A DNA stretch of 63,997 bases, counting the filler, from Phoronis australis (taxonomy: Eukaryota; Animalia; Phoronida), in the NCBI GenBank assembly GCA_002633005.1. It is 5 parts of 5 records of this genome, joined end to end, with 100 filler letters (N's around TTAATTAATTAA, not from the genome) between each part and the next. Parts side by side here need not be neighbours in the genome. Positions count along the whole stretch, not along the records: positions 20,615 to 43,374 come from NMRA01001236.1; positions 43,475 to 47,773 come from NMRA01002630.1; positions 47,874 to 62,884 come from NMRA01000237.1; 2 more parts are not named here. The stretch is one strand, 5' to 3'. The notes beneath the pieces are model-generated. The model did no database searches. It was not told where the DNA came from and worked only from the letters and a program-made list of their open reading frames with translations. Made by a program: the position numbers and the translations under genes. Position 1 is the first letter of the stretch. Each line of letters begins with the position of its first letter. Shown piece after piece: positions 36,800 through 49,791 of this stretch.

Positions 36800-38268
36800 C
36801 TCTTGTTTTAAGGCACTGTAATACAGTTGTTATTCACCAGTCCTCTTAATGAAATTTTAAACATAATATATTAAGTGAAACTTTGAAACTATAAATTTGG
36901 TTGCAACTTGTTCCTTACTCAGACTCACATGAAGTGACGTTTTTGGATTTCCAAAGATCTAACAATTCAACTTTTCCTCGAGACCATGGTCGGCGCATAA
37001 CTAAAATGACATGCCGTGACAAGTCTACTACTTGTAGATCATGGTCATAGCAGTAAAGAACTGTCAGTTCTTGTCATGCCCTGAAATCATGTGTAATTTG
37101 AATAAGGAACAATCTGAGATGTGTTTCATAAAGGTGAGAGGGCTGGATCAGAAGTTAAGTTTTGTGATGGAAATTTTATTGTTTTCCTTACATTGACTTG
37201 AAATCAAAAAGAATGGTGCCCATAAACTTCTGCATAGTTGCACTCAATACAAGCCTTCCTTAGTGTAAAAACAGCTTTGATCTACATGTAAATGCTCTAT
37301 TACAGTTTTCGTGATGTCATCTTCTTGAACTCTGCTGTTTAGTAAACACTGTGCAGTATTTACCTCACATTCTGTGTGAATGCTAATGACCTGTGTAATA
37401 CAAAGCAGCAGATCTGGATGTAAATTCTGTGACAGGGTGTCTGTTTTGGTAAATGTTTTCAATTAACAATTAGTTTGTTATAAGATGTGACTTCCACTTG
37501 AATAACGTGGTCATTAGTTTTAGATCTTACTTATTTTCTTCTTTTTCTTTGTTTAAGTCAGTCACGAGTGCAAAACGGCTCTTTAGCTGATTCTTCTGCT
37601 CTTTTGTCAATTTCTTGGCTTTATCCACTTCATCCAGAACTTTTGCTACTTCTTTGCCGTTTTCATATTTATACAGGGCTGTCAGGATGTAAAATTGTAA
37701 CATTAGTCATGTCTGAATTAGTTAGCTTTCGTGGTTACTGTATCTAAGAAAAAACTTGCAAAACCTGACTGCTATTGCGTTTCAAATAGTATCCGTTCTT
37801 GATAATTGCACCAGTGGTTTATTGTACTACTGAACTAGTGACAAGCTCTAACAGCACGTCCTTATCAAGCATGCAAAAGTCTGTATATGTTGTAACTAAA
37901 CGTGTTTGCACTCGACATAACGAGCTGCAGGTCGCATTTGCAACCTGAAATTTTGAAATGCGAGCCGAGGTGTTTTCTAACTCGTATAAAAGTTCCAACG
38001 TATGGGAACCGAGTTTTTACAGTTGGCAGAGGCCTGGCATACATAAATTAAGCAACTTGTGTGAAACCGGACGTTATTTGGTTGTTGGCAAATCAAGTTC
38101 AAATTAAAGTCCTTCTCTCACGCATTGTTAACCCTTATTACATGGTTAGAAGATGTTATAAGGATCCAAGAAGTACCTACCCCATAACTAATACACGATC
38201 CGTACTCGAAAACAGTTTAAATGAACGCGCCACTCACGATTCGCACCCGAAGAAACACCGCCATTTTG

Positions 38269-38776
38269 NNNNNNNNNNNNNNNNNNNNNNNNNNNNNNNN
38301 NNNNNNNNNNNNNNNNNNNNNNNNNNNNNNNNNNNNNNNNNNNNNNNNNNNNNNNNNNNNNNNNNNNNNNNNNNNNNNNNNNNNNNNNNNNNNNNNNNNN
38401 NNNNNNNNNNNNNNNNNNNNNNNNNNNNNNNNNNNNNNNNNNNNNNNNNNNNNNNNNNNNNNNNNNNNNNNNNNNNNNNNNNNNNNNNNNNNNNNNNNNN
38501 NNNNNNNNNNNNNNNNNNNNNNNNNNNNNNNNNNNNNNNNNNNNNNNNNNNNNNNNNNNNNNNNNNNNNNNNNNNNNNNNNNNNNNNNNNNNNNNNNNNN
38601 NNNNNNNNNNNNNNNNNNNNNNNNNNNNNNNNNNNNNNNNNNNNNNNNNNNNNNNNNNNNNNNNNNNNNNNNNNNNNNNNNNNNNNNNNNNNNNNNNNNN
38701 NNNNNNNNNNNNNNNNNNNNNNNNNNNNNNNNNNNNNNNNNNNNNNNNNNNNNNNNNNNNNNNNNNNNNNNNNNNN
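38269..38776. other. Scaffold gap (508 N)
   Basis: Run of N without the linker motif. Confidence 0.95.
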
Positions 38777-41743
38777 TCAACGTTAAATCTTCACAAATTA
38801 CAAAGTAGCCGATTGAACATGCCTTTCAGTTCAGCAAAAGTCGACATTGTAGGTGCCGCCAGAAATGAGACGAAGTCTAACGGGAATTGTGAGCACATTT
38901 ATCACTTAATGAGTAACAACTGCGAGGCTGGAATTTGGTGAACACTGCTAAATCGTGCAGAATAGTAAGTAAAGATATGTCTAACTAAATTTCACCGTAA
39001 TTTGTTGGCAAAAACAATTTACACAAAGTTTTAAACTCGTAACTCATCCCGCTGTCCTCCAATATGGCCAACGCAGTCCAAACAAAGTGACCCAAATTTC
39101 GCCACAAAACTTGCAATAACTTTACACTGTTTGCCCCGATTTTGATACTTTTTCGATTTTTACTGAGTAGAATGTACTACCTTTCCGATGATAGCAAAGT
39201 ACTTTTTCAAAACGAGGAAAAAATAAAACCGAAAAAATTGGTTCGACCCATATTGGTTCCTAGGTTCGACCGGCCTACGTAAGGAACTAAACACCAATGC
39301 TATTTTAACATACTAAGTACGCGTATCATTCCAAAAAAAAAATCAACGACCACTAACTACAAACTATAAATACACTACATATGCAAAGGAATCATGATAT
39401 ATTACTAATAAAACAAAATAATGAAGACTTTTCGAGCAAGCCATAGCACATTCAGTTACAAGGAAAAAATGGCAGTGTTCAGGACAAGTTCCTGAACTGA
39501 TGAGCCGGAAATGTGGGTACGGAAATAACCGATGACAACCGGTAATCATACGCTCAGAGAGAAGGGTCAAATACTGTTAAAAAATCGCTTTTGGCAAGAA
39601 AGGCGAAAAGAATATAAAGAAAGGGTGTCGAAAATAAGAATTTATGTAGTAAGTATTTTCGGATACTGGAACCACATGGGCAGTTTGCAAGAAGGACTTT
39701 AAAGAACACTAACACTAACAAAGAACAGCCTTCTCATTGACTTGCAAACATATCATGCGAGCATAGGATAATTCAGAATCCATGTTTGATGTGTTTCATG
39801 GGCTAGTGTTTTCGGCTACTTTTGCTTATTTCTGGATGCGCCAAAGAAAGTTTTGGACCACAGCATAATATGTGGTAAAACATCACAAAACAGCGATGTT
39901 TCTATTAATTCTTAAATGATCAACTTACCAAAGTTTGTGGTGAAAAAATATATATTTTTCATATAAGCTTTCCTTATTATGCAATTATAATATCACTGAC
40001 AATTTCGCAATGCAGCATTGGTTGATCCCACTGTTTGCTTGCAAGATCCTGGCAGACAACCGTGTCGTCAAGTAATAGCCTGTTTCAATGAGTGTCTCGT
40101 TTTTTTATGGAAAAAGACTGCAAACGTGAAAATAAAAACCCTGTTAGTCGCCATAGTATGGCCAGGACTTGTCTTTCATAGAGAAGTTTTGACTCGTGGA
40201 GAAGTTCTCAAGCCCTCATTTCTGGGGCTGAGCACGTGCATATGCACAGGTCATCTGTCAATCACTATCAATGTAACGTGTACTCCAGCTATTCAAGTGT
40301 GGGTACTTGCGCGTACGTGCACCACTCCAAAGTCTCACATCAAGAGAGAACAATGACAGTCCCTATTAACTAAATTATTGTAGCGGCTGGGCTCTGTACA
40401 TTAAGTGTCCTGGTGTTTATTTGATAATGAACTTGGACTCCCGGCAGCTACAAAGCAAACATGCTTTACAATATGTCCGGGCCCCAACGTTCCCCAGAAT
40501 TGATATTCTCCTGTTCCAATGTTTCCCGGCTCGATCTTCCCTGGCATGATATTGCGTGACTGTAGCCAGTTATTGCAACTAAAGAGGTAGGCACGAAACT
40601 GTGGTTAGCAAACTTTAAAAAAATTTTTTGTACAATCCTTACCAGTTTTCACTCCCTGGGTTGTCAGTTGATTACATCGTATATTTTTCAGATTCGATTG
40701 GAAAAAATATTGTTCCGGCTGATGAAGCGGGCCTGTACTGAAATTCCTTACTACTGCAGTCTTTCAAATTCTTATTACTGCAAGCATTCGGGTTAATAAC
40801 CATGCTCGTGTGTGCGCTGACCGTTACTTTTTGAAATTTTTCTGAATAAGCACCCACTACTCTACTAAGCGTCCCCCTTTAATTTTTTTGAGAATTTTCA
40901 ATGAAGTTTCTGGGTATACAACCTTCTTTTTCATTTAGTTCTGATCGACGCTGTGTAAATTCATGCTGGACTTTTAAAGTGAACAAATTTCCAACATCAT
41001 GATCAGATCTAGAATCACGTTTGATTAAAACTTGATAGACGAGCCTATTGTTTTTTTACACAAAGTGGTAGTTGAAAGTTAAGTCTAATTTCTGTGAAAG
41101 TGAACCGTTTTGGCTATGGTATTTCCTAAAAAATGCATCTTCATGACATTTGTTGAATGTTGTTTGGAAATAGTGTTTTTTAAATATTGGTTTTTGTCAA
41201 TCGTGGTGTTTACAACAATTGCTGGACTATATGAGCTTATCAGATGAACACAGACATTGAGACAGCTGGACTATGTAAACATTGGTTTGCCAACTTTCTC
41301 CGATTGCTATCACTATCAATAGCGCAATTGGAAAACTCACCCCAGGGCAGGAGCCTAATGCATTATCCGGGACAATAATTTGTTACTTGTGATAACTCGG
41401 TGTTTTATCACTCATAATTCGAACACTTAACTTTCATCTCTAATAGTTCGTACGGCCAATTTTGTCTTTATTAATTTAAACACAAAACTATCAATGGAAA
41501 AATAGTTCGTCCATTAGTGTACGAACTGTTGGAGAAATCACCCTGACATTATTTTGTGATGTTCAAAAGACTTGGAGATTTGTTGCTCCTATAATCCCTT
41601 AAGTGTTGCTCAGTGTGTCTAAAATAGGAGTTTTCAGCTAACAATCACTGAGACTGTTATAGTAAATTGAAAAGAAATCTGTGTTAGTGTTGTTTTCAGT
41701 AGCTTGCAAATCAAATATTGTGTACTGACAGTTGAGGACAAAC

Positions 41744-41900
41744 CTTCTAGTGACTCTCTATTAGCTTTCTCTATGACCTTAGCTACATGGGGGTTGTCCC
41801 TTTCATAAAGTGCCTCAATGAACTTGTCTAAAGCTTCTGGACCTCGCTTTGGCAGACAATTGATTATCATACGAATCCTCTTGCGTACATCTGTTAGCTC
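41744..41900 (-). CDS. Exon encoding the C-terminal half of a CARD (death-fold) domain
   Basis: ttttatttcag acceptor, ELTDVRKRIRMIINCLPKRGPEALDKFIEALYERDNPHVAKVIEKANRESLE, then G|GT donor. LPKRGP.A...F..AL.....H.A is the caspase-2/RAIDD-type CARD helix 4-6 signature. Confidence 0.75.
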
Positions 41901-42244
41901 CTGAAATAAAAGTTTGTGTTGTGAAAAATGAATGAAAAACTGTGTTCATATAAAAGTCTAATGGTCAAAAGAAAACATGAAGAGCGGAGTTGAAATAACA
42001 TAATACATTTTACATTACACATAATATACATGAACATATATAGCAAAGACCAATTCTATAAAAATTGTGTGCATATATCACATCATGCTCAACACCAAAA
42101 AATTTTGAAAATTGTAATTGTGATCATATGTTGGAAATAGAGTGCTGTAAAGATATTCATCTGGCTTAGCACAAAATTAATTCTATGTAGATTTATTGTA
42201 TGCATCCCAAGGTGGCCTGGGACAATTTGATCAGTCTGTGACCA

Positions 42245-43374
42245 ATTTTTATTATGCGCCCACATATTTATATGTGGACGCATTATGCCGTCATCTCCGT
42301 CCGTCCGTACGGGCGGCGTCCGTCCGGCGTCCGCTGCTCTATCTCCAAAACCTTTGACATACGTTCATGAAATTTGGCACATATGTTCCATTCATGAATG
42401 GGACGGCATGTGCGAACTTTCAGACGGATCCGACTACCGGTGTGCCCCCTAGTGGCAATTTTAGTTTTTTAGGCTTGCCTTTGTATCTTCAAAAGTCCTG
42501 AACGGATTTTCATGAAATTTGGTATGTAGGCACCTATTAGTGAGATGACGCTATCCTCCCGTTTTCAGATGGATTTGATATAGTTTGCGCCACCTAGTGG
42601 CCATTTTTACTGTTTTCGAGTCTGTATTTTTGCGTCCACCCCTCTATCAATCAAACCGCTCAAAGGATGATTGTGAAAATTGGCATGTATGTGTTTACTA
42701 TAAAGAAGACAGCTGAAAATAATTTTCAGACGATTTGAACTACTGTGGCGCCTCCTAGTGGCAGTTTTGTTTTTTTTGCGCCTATGACTGTATCTCCTTA
42801 ACCGTTCGCAGGATCTTTACGAAATTTAATAAGTGTATTTATATGATGTTAACAACAGAGGATGACGACTTTTGGACGGATCCGCCTACCAGTGTGCCCC
42901 CTAGTGGCAATTTTATTTTTTTACGTTTACCTCTGTATCTTTAAAAGTCCTTAACGGATTTTCATGAAATTTGGTATGTAGGCACCTATTAGTGTGATGA
43001 CGCTATCCTCCCGTTTTCGGATGGATTCGACCTAGTTTGTGACACCCAGTGGCCATTTTTACTGTTTTTGAGTCTTTTTTCGCGTCCACCCCTCTATCAA
43101 CCAAACCGCTCTAAGTATGATTGTGAAAATTGGCATGTATGTCCTTACTATGAAGAGGACGGTTGACGCTGAATTTCCCATGACTTTGATTACTGTGGCG
43201 CCTCCTTGTGGCAGTTTTTTTTTTGCGCCCATGGCTGTATCTCCCAAACCGTTTGCAGGATCTTTACTAAATTTAGCAAGTGTATTTATGTGATGTTGAC
43301 AACGGACGATGACGACTTTAGGATGATTCTGACTACCAGTATGCCTCTAGTGGCAATTTAAGTATTTTACATTG
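42245..43374 (+). mobile_element. Helentron-associated (HINE/DINE-1-like) element with an internal ~150-bp tandem array
   Basis: T-run, then hairpin GCGCCCACATA..TATGTGGACGC, (CGTC)n microsatellite, then ~150-bp units containing CC(A/T/C)CCTAGTGGC and GAAATTTGG, arranged as a ~452-bp trimer. Truncated by the linker. Confidence 0.65.
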
Positions 43375-43474
43375 NNNNNNNNNNNNNNNNNNNNNNNNNN
43401 NNNNNNNNNNNNNNNNNNTTAATTAATTAANNNNNNNNNNNNNNNNNNNNNNNNNNNNNNNNNNNNNNNNNNNN
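43375..43474. other. Artificial contig-concatenation linker
   Basis: 44N-TTAATTAATTAA-44N. Confidence 0.95.
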
Positions 43475-45465
43475 TGAATGGCTGACCCCCCACCTTGCCG
43501 CTTGTTGGCTGTACAGTGGTCGGTGGATCCGTGGACTGATACTTAACACCGTCAAAGGTTCGACAAAACTTTATTTTATAGTGACCAAGCTCAACTAAAC
43601 TGCCAAATAATTCTGACAGGAGGTTTATCAAAATTAGGCTGAATCTTGCAGAGTTCTGTCGAAATCCGTCTGAGCTAATTTGAAAATTACTATATCCGTC
43701 TGCTTAACGTGCGGAGATATACCGTTTACTGTGAGTTGGCTTTCAGCACGATAATACGAACTCTTCGCGATAAGGCGTGATTTTACCTCGTTACACATAG
43801 TTATTTGTTACGCAAACGTTGGTACATGTTTGGCGGACATGCCATCACTTTATTAGCATAAATTACAATCACAGGGATTGTCTTACACCAGAACTTAGAT
43901 TCCGGTGACGTATTTGCAAAATATGAATATCGACTGTCAATAGATGCGATGTCTGCGCCTTTTTATGTTTGAGTATAACTTTATAGTGACTTCAAGCAAT
44001 CGCTGTTAAGTCTTTTACGACACCCACTCTCAAAATTACTGTAAGAATTCGCCAGAGACATTTTTAAAGGGGGTGAGAAGATTTCATCGCTGTTTAGCTG
44101 TTAATGTTGAACTCCGTACCGAAACGCTTTGGACTTTAAAAATGTTACCACACTCAACTGATCTTGAATTGTTGCCAGTTGCAACACCAGAAAGAGGTAA
44201 TAGGCTTACGTGCATGCGCAATGTTCGAATTTGCAATTGCAGGGTTGCCCAACACTAACAAATTTTAAAGTGTTTTTGAGTTGCCGATGGCTTCGATATT
44301 CTTGTTGTTTAGCGGAAATAGAACCCTGTCACGGTATGGAATATTATGAGATTGGTTTTGTGAAAGTAAAAGGCCTAATTTGATTTTCTTGTTTTATCAG
44401 CAAAACGGTGAAATGGAGGTTTAAACTACACTTCATGACGTATTTTAATAAAAATAAAATTAATATTAAAATTTGACTCATCATGAATTCATAAACAGCT
44501 TTTGGTAATTTCCATGACTATTCATAACAAATCTTGATAGCTGGTCATAGTATCAGTTCAGATCATCAAAGAATGTTTTGTGAGTTTCTCGCGTCTGCGG
44601 AACAGACCCCTGGTTTACGTTTTGGCAAAGAATGACACGTACGCCATTAGAAAGTAGTGTTTATACTGATGAGGTTACTCTATTTAAATATTTCAGAATC
44701 AATAAGAAACTTGGTGTCAGTTTTGTAAGTTTTTATAGGGAGAATGATTGATACTGAAACTCAAAACTTCTGGAAAACGAAAATCATTTTAAATTTTGTT
44801 ACTAAAAAGTGCACAAAACTTGGCTTAAATACATACTACCAGGAAGAGATAACCAGCTGGTTATCCCTTCCTGATACTACCATTTGTAATTGACGGTCTC
44901 GTGGATTGATACTCAAGGTGGTAATAAACTCACGTTCGGTCGAAGAGAAGACATTTCTTTCAGATCATTTACACCTATAAAATGGTCTCAACGCGTTAAT
45001 CACTCTAAGCCATGCTCGGCGAATAAAACGACACGCCTTGGCAAGTCAGATTATTCTTTAAAAGCCCACAAATCACACTTATTTTGACTAAGGAATAAGT
45101 TGAGACGAATTTGATAACGATAAGTTGTCTAAATTCTTTCTTTCTTTCGCTTAAAGTCGGAAGAAGTGTTTTAAACTCCCAAATTTCCCTTACCACGATA
45201 GCAATTTTTTCATCAAAATGAAACGATAGTTCACCAGCGTTTGATAACAAGTGGTCCAGTGTCAGAAAGATTAGTCACCGTCAACGGACTCATGACACAT
45301 ATTTGCGCTCTCTTTTACTTTCGAATGCTCTAAACATGCTTGAGAATACTTTTCTATCGTGGCATGGAAAGGTTAGAGACACATTTTCTGTTGCTGAGGA
45401 AGCTTGCGTTTTTGTGAGTAACGAGGAAACGTTTTTTTTTCGTAATGCATCCACCAAAATATCCC

Positions 45466-45582
45466 GAAATTGAAAATTGGAAGTGAAACTACATCTTGAC
45501 CTAATGACACAGTTGACATTACCCGCTTAAATCAATCAATGCATTATGCACATAACCCGCTGCGTGGTCGGGGGGGAATTCC
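45466..45582 (+). promoter_or_regulatory. IRF/ISRE-like element (GAAATTGAAAATTGGAAGTGAAACT) and NF-kB site (GGGGAATTCC, 45573-45582) upstream of the TNF-like gene
   Basis: Consensus-matching motifs 110-225 bp upstream of the ATG at 45692. Confidence 0.5.
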
Positions 45583-45691
45583 ACACCGAGTGTTTTCTAG
45601 GAATTTAATGAAAATTATTAATTATCTGTCAGCCACTTTGTGGGTCTTCGCTTTGTGAATGTGGTCTTCGTAACAAACTGCAGTGCACGGC

Positions 45692-46114
45692 ATGGCATCG
45701 CGTAACTCTGAAGACAGTAAAGAAAGCTGTACTGGAATACTGGACGACTGTGAGAAAGTTCTCAGTGTCACGAAATCGCTAGGGTGGCGAGAGAACCGAA
45801 TGACAGCTCATTTATCAAGCAACAAAATCATCTGCGGCGTGGTCGTCATTTTAGTCGTCGCGTTGATAGTGATGGTTTCCATCCTATTCGCCAAAAACGA
45901 AGAGTTGACCAGGACCGTGAAGGGGATGCAGACGACAGTAGAAGCGTTGAAACGAGTCCAGGATACTGACGAAGGCGGGCTTTGTTTTGATTGTAGTATC
46001 GTCGAGAATTCTGTGGTCGGCGGTTTCAAATTGTCCGATTATTTTGATGTGGAAGTCCCAAAGAACAGGTGCTGCATACGAGACATAGTCCAGTTCATGA
46101 GGCTTCTCAATACG
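45692..46114 (+). CDS. First coding exon of a type II membrane protein, probably an invertebrate TNF-superfamily ligand
   Basis: Short cytoplasmic N-terminus, TM helix IICGVVVILVVALIVMVSILF, short coiled coil, then LCFDC...RCC, a Cys pattern I recall from molluscan TNF-ligand stalks. Donor ACG|GTTTGT. The TNF homology domain itself is not in the window. Confidence 0.6.
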
Positions 46115-46842
46115 GTTTGTTTATTTTGTTTAGAAACGTGGTTACATTTCTCATCGCTTCCAATGAGAAATGTTCAGGTATCTGTTGCTAACACCTAAAA
46201 ATGCTAAACAGTTAAACCAACTCTTTAAAATACTATTTTTCCATGGATATGATAACTCGTTACTATGAAATACTAATGTGTTGTTCGGTTCTATATTTTG
46301 GCAAAAGTAATTAGACAGAGGTGAAGGATAATTGATAACAATTGAACAGCTGGTGAATGGAGCCGATAAACTGGCCCAGAAAAACAGTATACCCTTCTTA
46401 GAAAGATAACTATCTGATATCGTATCAGGGTTAAGTGTGACTTGTCACGAATTATAGATGATAACGACGTGGGTCTAAAAACAAAGCTCCCTGCACGTTT
46501 CAATATATACGACAGTTTCACCTCCTTCTTTGTGATGACGTATGGATGTGAATCAATATTGCCACGTGATAGGTGCACAGTATTGATCGAAGTCTCTTCC
46601 TATCGAACGAGGCCAGACCGCGTCTGGATGCGGGTTCCAAACCGCGGTTAGACCAAGACAGCCCCAATCCGGACTTCGTCTGGCCGCGGTTAATCCGAAG
46701 TGAACTCGCGTCCGTACTATGCCTTGGCTTTCATTTCGCCCCAAAAGCTTATACCGGGGGGTGTTGTTATGTATGCGTATGATGAAATATTACATATATT
46801 ATATTACTGCAATGAATTTAAGCTTGTTTCAACTTTTCTCAG

Positions 46843-46879
46843 GTCATCTACCGACACGTGAACACGGAAATCATAAAAG
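46843..46879 (+). CDS. Probable exon 2 of the TNF-like gene: VIYRHVNTEIIK(G)
   Basis: cttttctcag acceptor, G|GTGGGC donor, phase 0 start compatible with exon 1. Confidence 0.5.
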
Positions 46880-47773
46880 GTGGGCATTGCTAAGCTGAGT
46901 GAAGTTGACGCAACTGCATGGTATAAGGCTTCGATACACAATGTTACTGGTCAATGTACATAATCTTGTTTCATGAAGATATCCAACGTTTCATTAATAA
47001 TAATGATTTCACTAATGTTGGTTTACAGGTTACCATGCTGGAGTTAGTTTTCCTCGTCGTGGATTTTCTTTACACAAAGGAACGTTTTACACACAAAGGC
47101 ATGAATAAGGAAACATTTTGTACGTCTCGTGCCTTCCTGGTAGCTTAAAGTTTTTATATTATTGTATAAATGTAGTGCGTACAATAAGTAGGTGAACTAT
47201 CGATAATAATGGCTAAAAGACGGTTTATAGAATGCCAACTAAAGCATTGTTGATCGATCGTGCTAAGGCATTTCCATGAAATCTATAACGAGGGGGAAAA
47301 CCCCAAAGTCCATGTTAAAATTGCATTTTTTCAAGTACGCAATTTAAGGTAACTGCCTATCTTCGCCCATTTCTTCAATTATTTTTGTGTTATATATTTT
47401 TTATAAACAAAAGAGTACGATTTAAAATCCTTGACATACTGGGACAGAAGTTTGGAAATTTACCGGAAGAGGTGCGACGTACTGTAGTGCGCTGATTTAC
47501 GGTACAAGATTTTAAAATCTGAGTCTGACCTATGAAAAATACCTTAGCCGCCAAAACTTGAATTCGACACTGTACCTAGCAGTAGACAGATTCACCTTTT
47601 CCAGCGTATTTATTTTTACCTCTTGTTACACTCGGTTTGAATGTGCTGAATCTGCAAGAACTTGTTGTTTGAAACATACTTTTTCACGTTTTCACGCGTA
47701 TGATCATTTTCCAACTCGCTTTAGCTCGTGGCATCTGCATTCATAAATCAAACACCGCGTGCCACCATGGCAA

Positions 47774-47873
47774 NNNNNNNNNNNNNNNNNNNNNNNNNNN
47801 NNNNNNNNNNNNNNNNNTTAATTAATTAANNNNNNNNNNNNNNNNNNNNNNNNNNNNNNNNNNNNNNNNNNNN
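47774..47873. other. Artificial contig-concatenation linker
   Basis: 44N-TTAATTAATTAA-44N. Confidence 0.95.
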
Positions 47874-49780
47874 GTCGCTCCAGCTGGCGTGCTTGATGTC
47901 GCTGCTACAGGTGTACTTGAAGTCGCTTCAGCTGGCGTGCTTGATGTCGCTGCAACAGGTGTACTTGAAGTCGCTGCAACTGGTGTGCTAGATGTCTCTG
48001 CAACTGGTGCGCTTGATGTCGCTCCAACTGGTGTGCTTGATGTCGCTGCAGCGGTTGTACTTGAAGTCGCTCCAGCTGGCGTGCTTGATGTCGCTGCAAC
48101 GGGTGTACTTGAAGTTGCTGCAATTGATGTGCTAGATGTCCCTGCAACAGGTGTGCTTGATGTCACTCCAGCTGGCGTGCTTGATGTTGCTGCAACGGGT
48201 GTACTTGATGTCGCTCCCGCTGGCGTGGTTGATGTCGCTGCTACAGGTGTACTTGAACTCGCTCCAGCTGGCGTACTTGAAGTCCCTGCAACTGGTGTAC
48301 TTGACGTCCCTGCAACTGGTGTACTTGATGTCGCTCCAGCTGGCGTGCTTGATGTCGCTGCTACAGGTGTACTTGAAGTCGCTGCAGCTGCCGTGCTTGA
48401 TGTCGCTGTAACAGGTGTACTTGAAGTCGCTGCAACTGGTGTGCTAGATTTCTCTGCAACGGGTGTACTTGATGTCGCTCCAGCTGGCGTGCTTGATGTT
48501 GCTGCAACAGGTGTACTTGAAATTGCTCCAGCTGGCGTACTTGAAGTCCCTGCAACTGGTGTACTTGACGTCCCTGCAACTGGTGTACTCGATGTCGCTC
48601 CAGCTGGCGTGCTTGATGTCGCTGCTACAGGTGTACTTGAAGTCGCTGCAGCTGGCGTGCTTGATGTCGCTGCAACAGGTGTACTTGAAGTCGCTGCAAC
48701 TGGTGTGCTTGATGTCGCTCCAGGTAGCGTGCTTGATGTCGCGGCAACGGGTGTACTTGATGTCGCTCCAGCTGGCGTGCTTGATGTCGCGGCAATGGGT
48801 GTGCTTGAAGTCGCTGCAACTGGTGTGCTAGATGTCTCTGCAACTGGTGCGCTTGATGTCGCTCCAACTGGTGTGCTTGATGTCGCTGCAGCGGTTGTAC
48901 TTGAAGTCGCTCCAGCTGGCGTGCTTGATGTCGCTGCAACGGGTGTACTTGAAGTTGCTGCAATTGATGTGCTAGATGTCCCTGCAACAGGTGTGCTTGA
49001 TGTCACTCCAGCTGGCGTGCTTGATGTTGCTGCAACGGGTGTACTTGATGTCGCTCCCGCTGGCGTGGTTGATGTCGCTGCTACAGGTGTACTTGAACTC
49101 GCTCCAGCTGGCGTACTTGAAGTCCCTGCAACTGGTGTACTTGACGTCCCTGCAACTGGTGTACTTGATGTCGCTCCAGCTGGCGTGCTTGATGTCGCTG
49201 CTACAGGTGTACTTGAAGTCGCTGCAGCTGCCGTGCTTGATGTCGCTGTAACAGGTGTACTTGAAGTCGCTGCAACTGGTGTGCTAGATTTCTCTGCAAC
49301 GGGTGTACTTGATGTCGCTCCAGCTGGCGTGCTTGATGTTGCTGCAACAGGTGTACTTGAACTTGCTCCAGCTGGCGTACTTGAAGTCCCTGCAACTGGT
49401 GTACTTGACGTCCCTGCAACTGGTGTACTCGATGTCGCTCCAGCTGGCGTGCTTGATGTCGCTGCTACACGTGTACTTGAAGTCGCTGCAGCTGGCGTGC
49501 TTGATGTCGCTGCAACGGGTGTACTTGAAGTCGCTGCAACTGGTGTGCTTGATGTCACTGCAACTGGTGTGCTTGATGTCGCTCCAGCTGGCGTGCTTGA
49601 TGTCGTTTCAACGGTTGTACTTGACGTCTCTGCAACTGGTGTGCTTGATGTCGCTCCGGCTGGCGTGATTGATGTGGCTGCAACGGGTGTGCTTGATGTC
49701 GCTCCAGGTAGCGTGGTTGATGTCGCGGCAACGGATGTACTTGATGTCGCTGCAACTGGTGTGCTAGATGTTGCGCTTAA
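47874..49780. repeat. 24-bp minisatellite with an 840-bp (35-unit) higher-order duplication
   Basis: Identical variant strings recur at offset 840 (48136/48976, 48361/49201, 48463/49303). Confidence 0.9.
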
Positions 49781-49791
49781 TGTTGATGTAC
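47874..49791 (-). CDS. Mucin-like Ser/Thr/Ala/Pro-rich VNTR exon (8-aa unit TSSTPVAA / TSSTPAGA), truncated at the contig end
   Basis: Acceptor tttgttttcag directly precedes the repeat (phase 1, GTSTLSATSSTPVAA...). About 80 24-bp units with no frameshift. PTS composition. Confidence 0.75.

Noticed and set aside
38061-38808. ORFs of 187-241 aa
   Set aside because: They are open only because they run through the N gap.
29740-44730. CTGATGAG hammerhead-like cores at ~29740, ~39497 and ~44666
   Set aside because: None has a paired stem II closed by CGAAA or compatible stems I/III.
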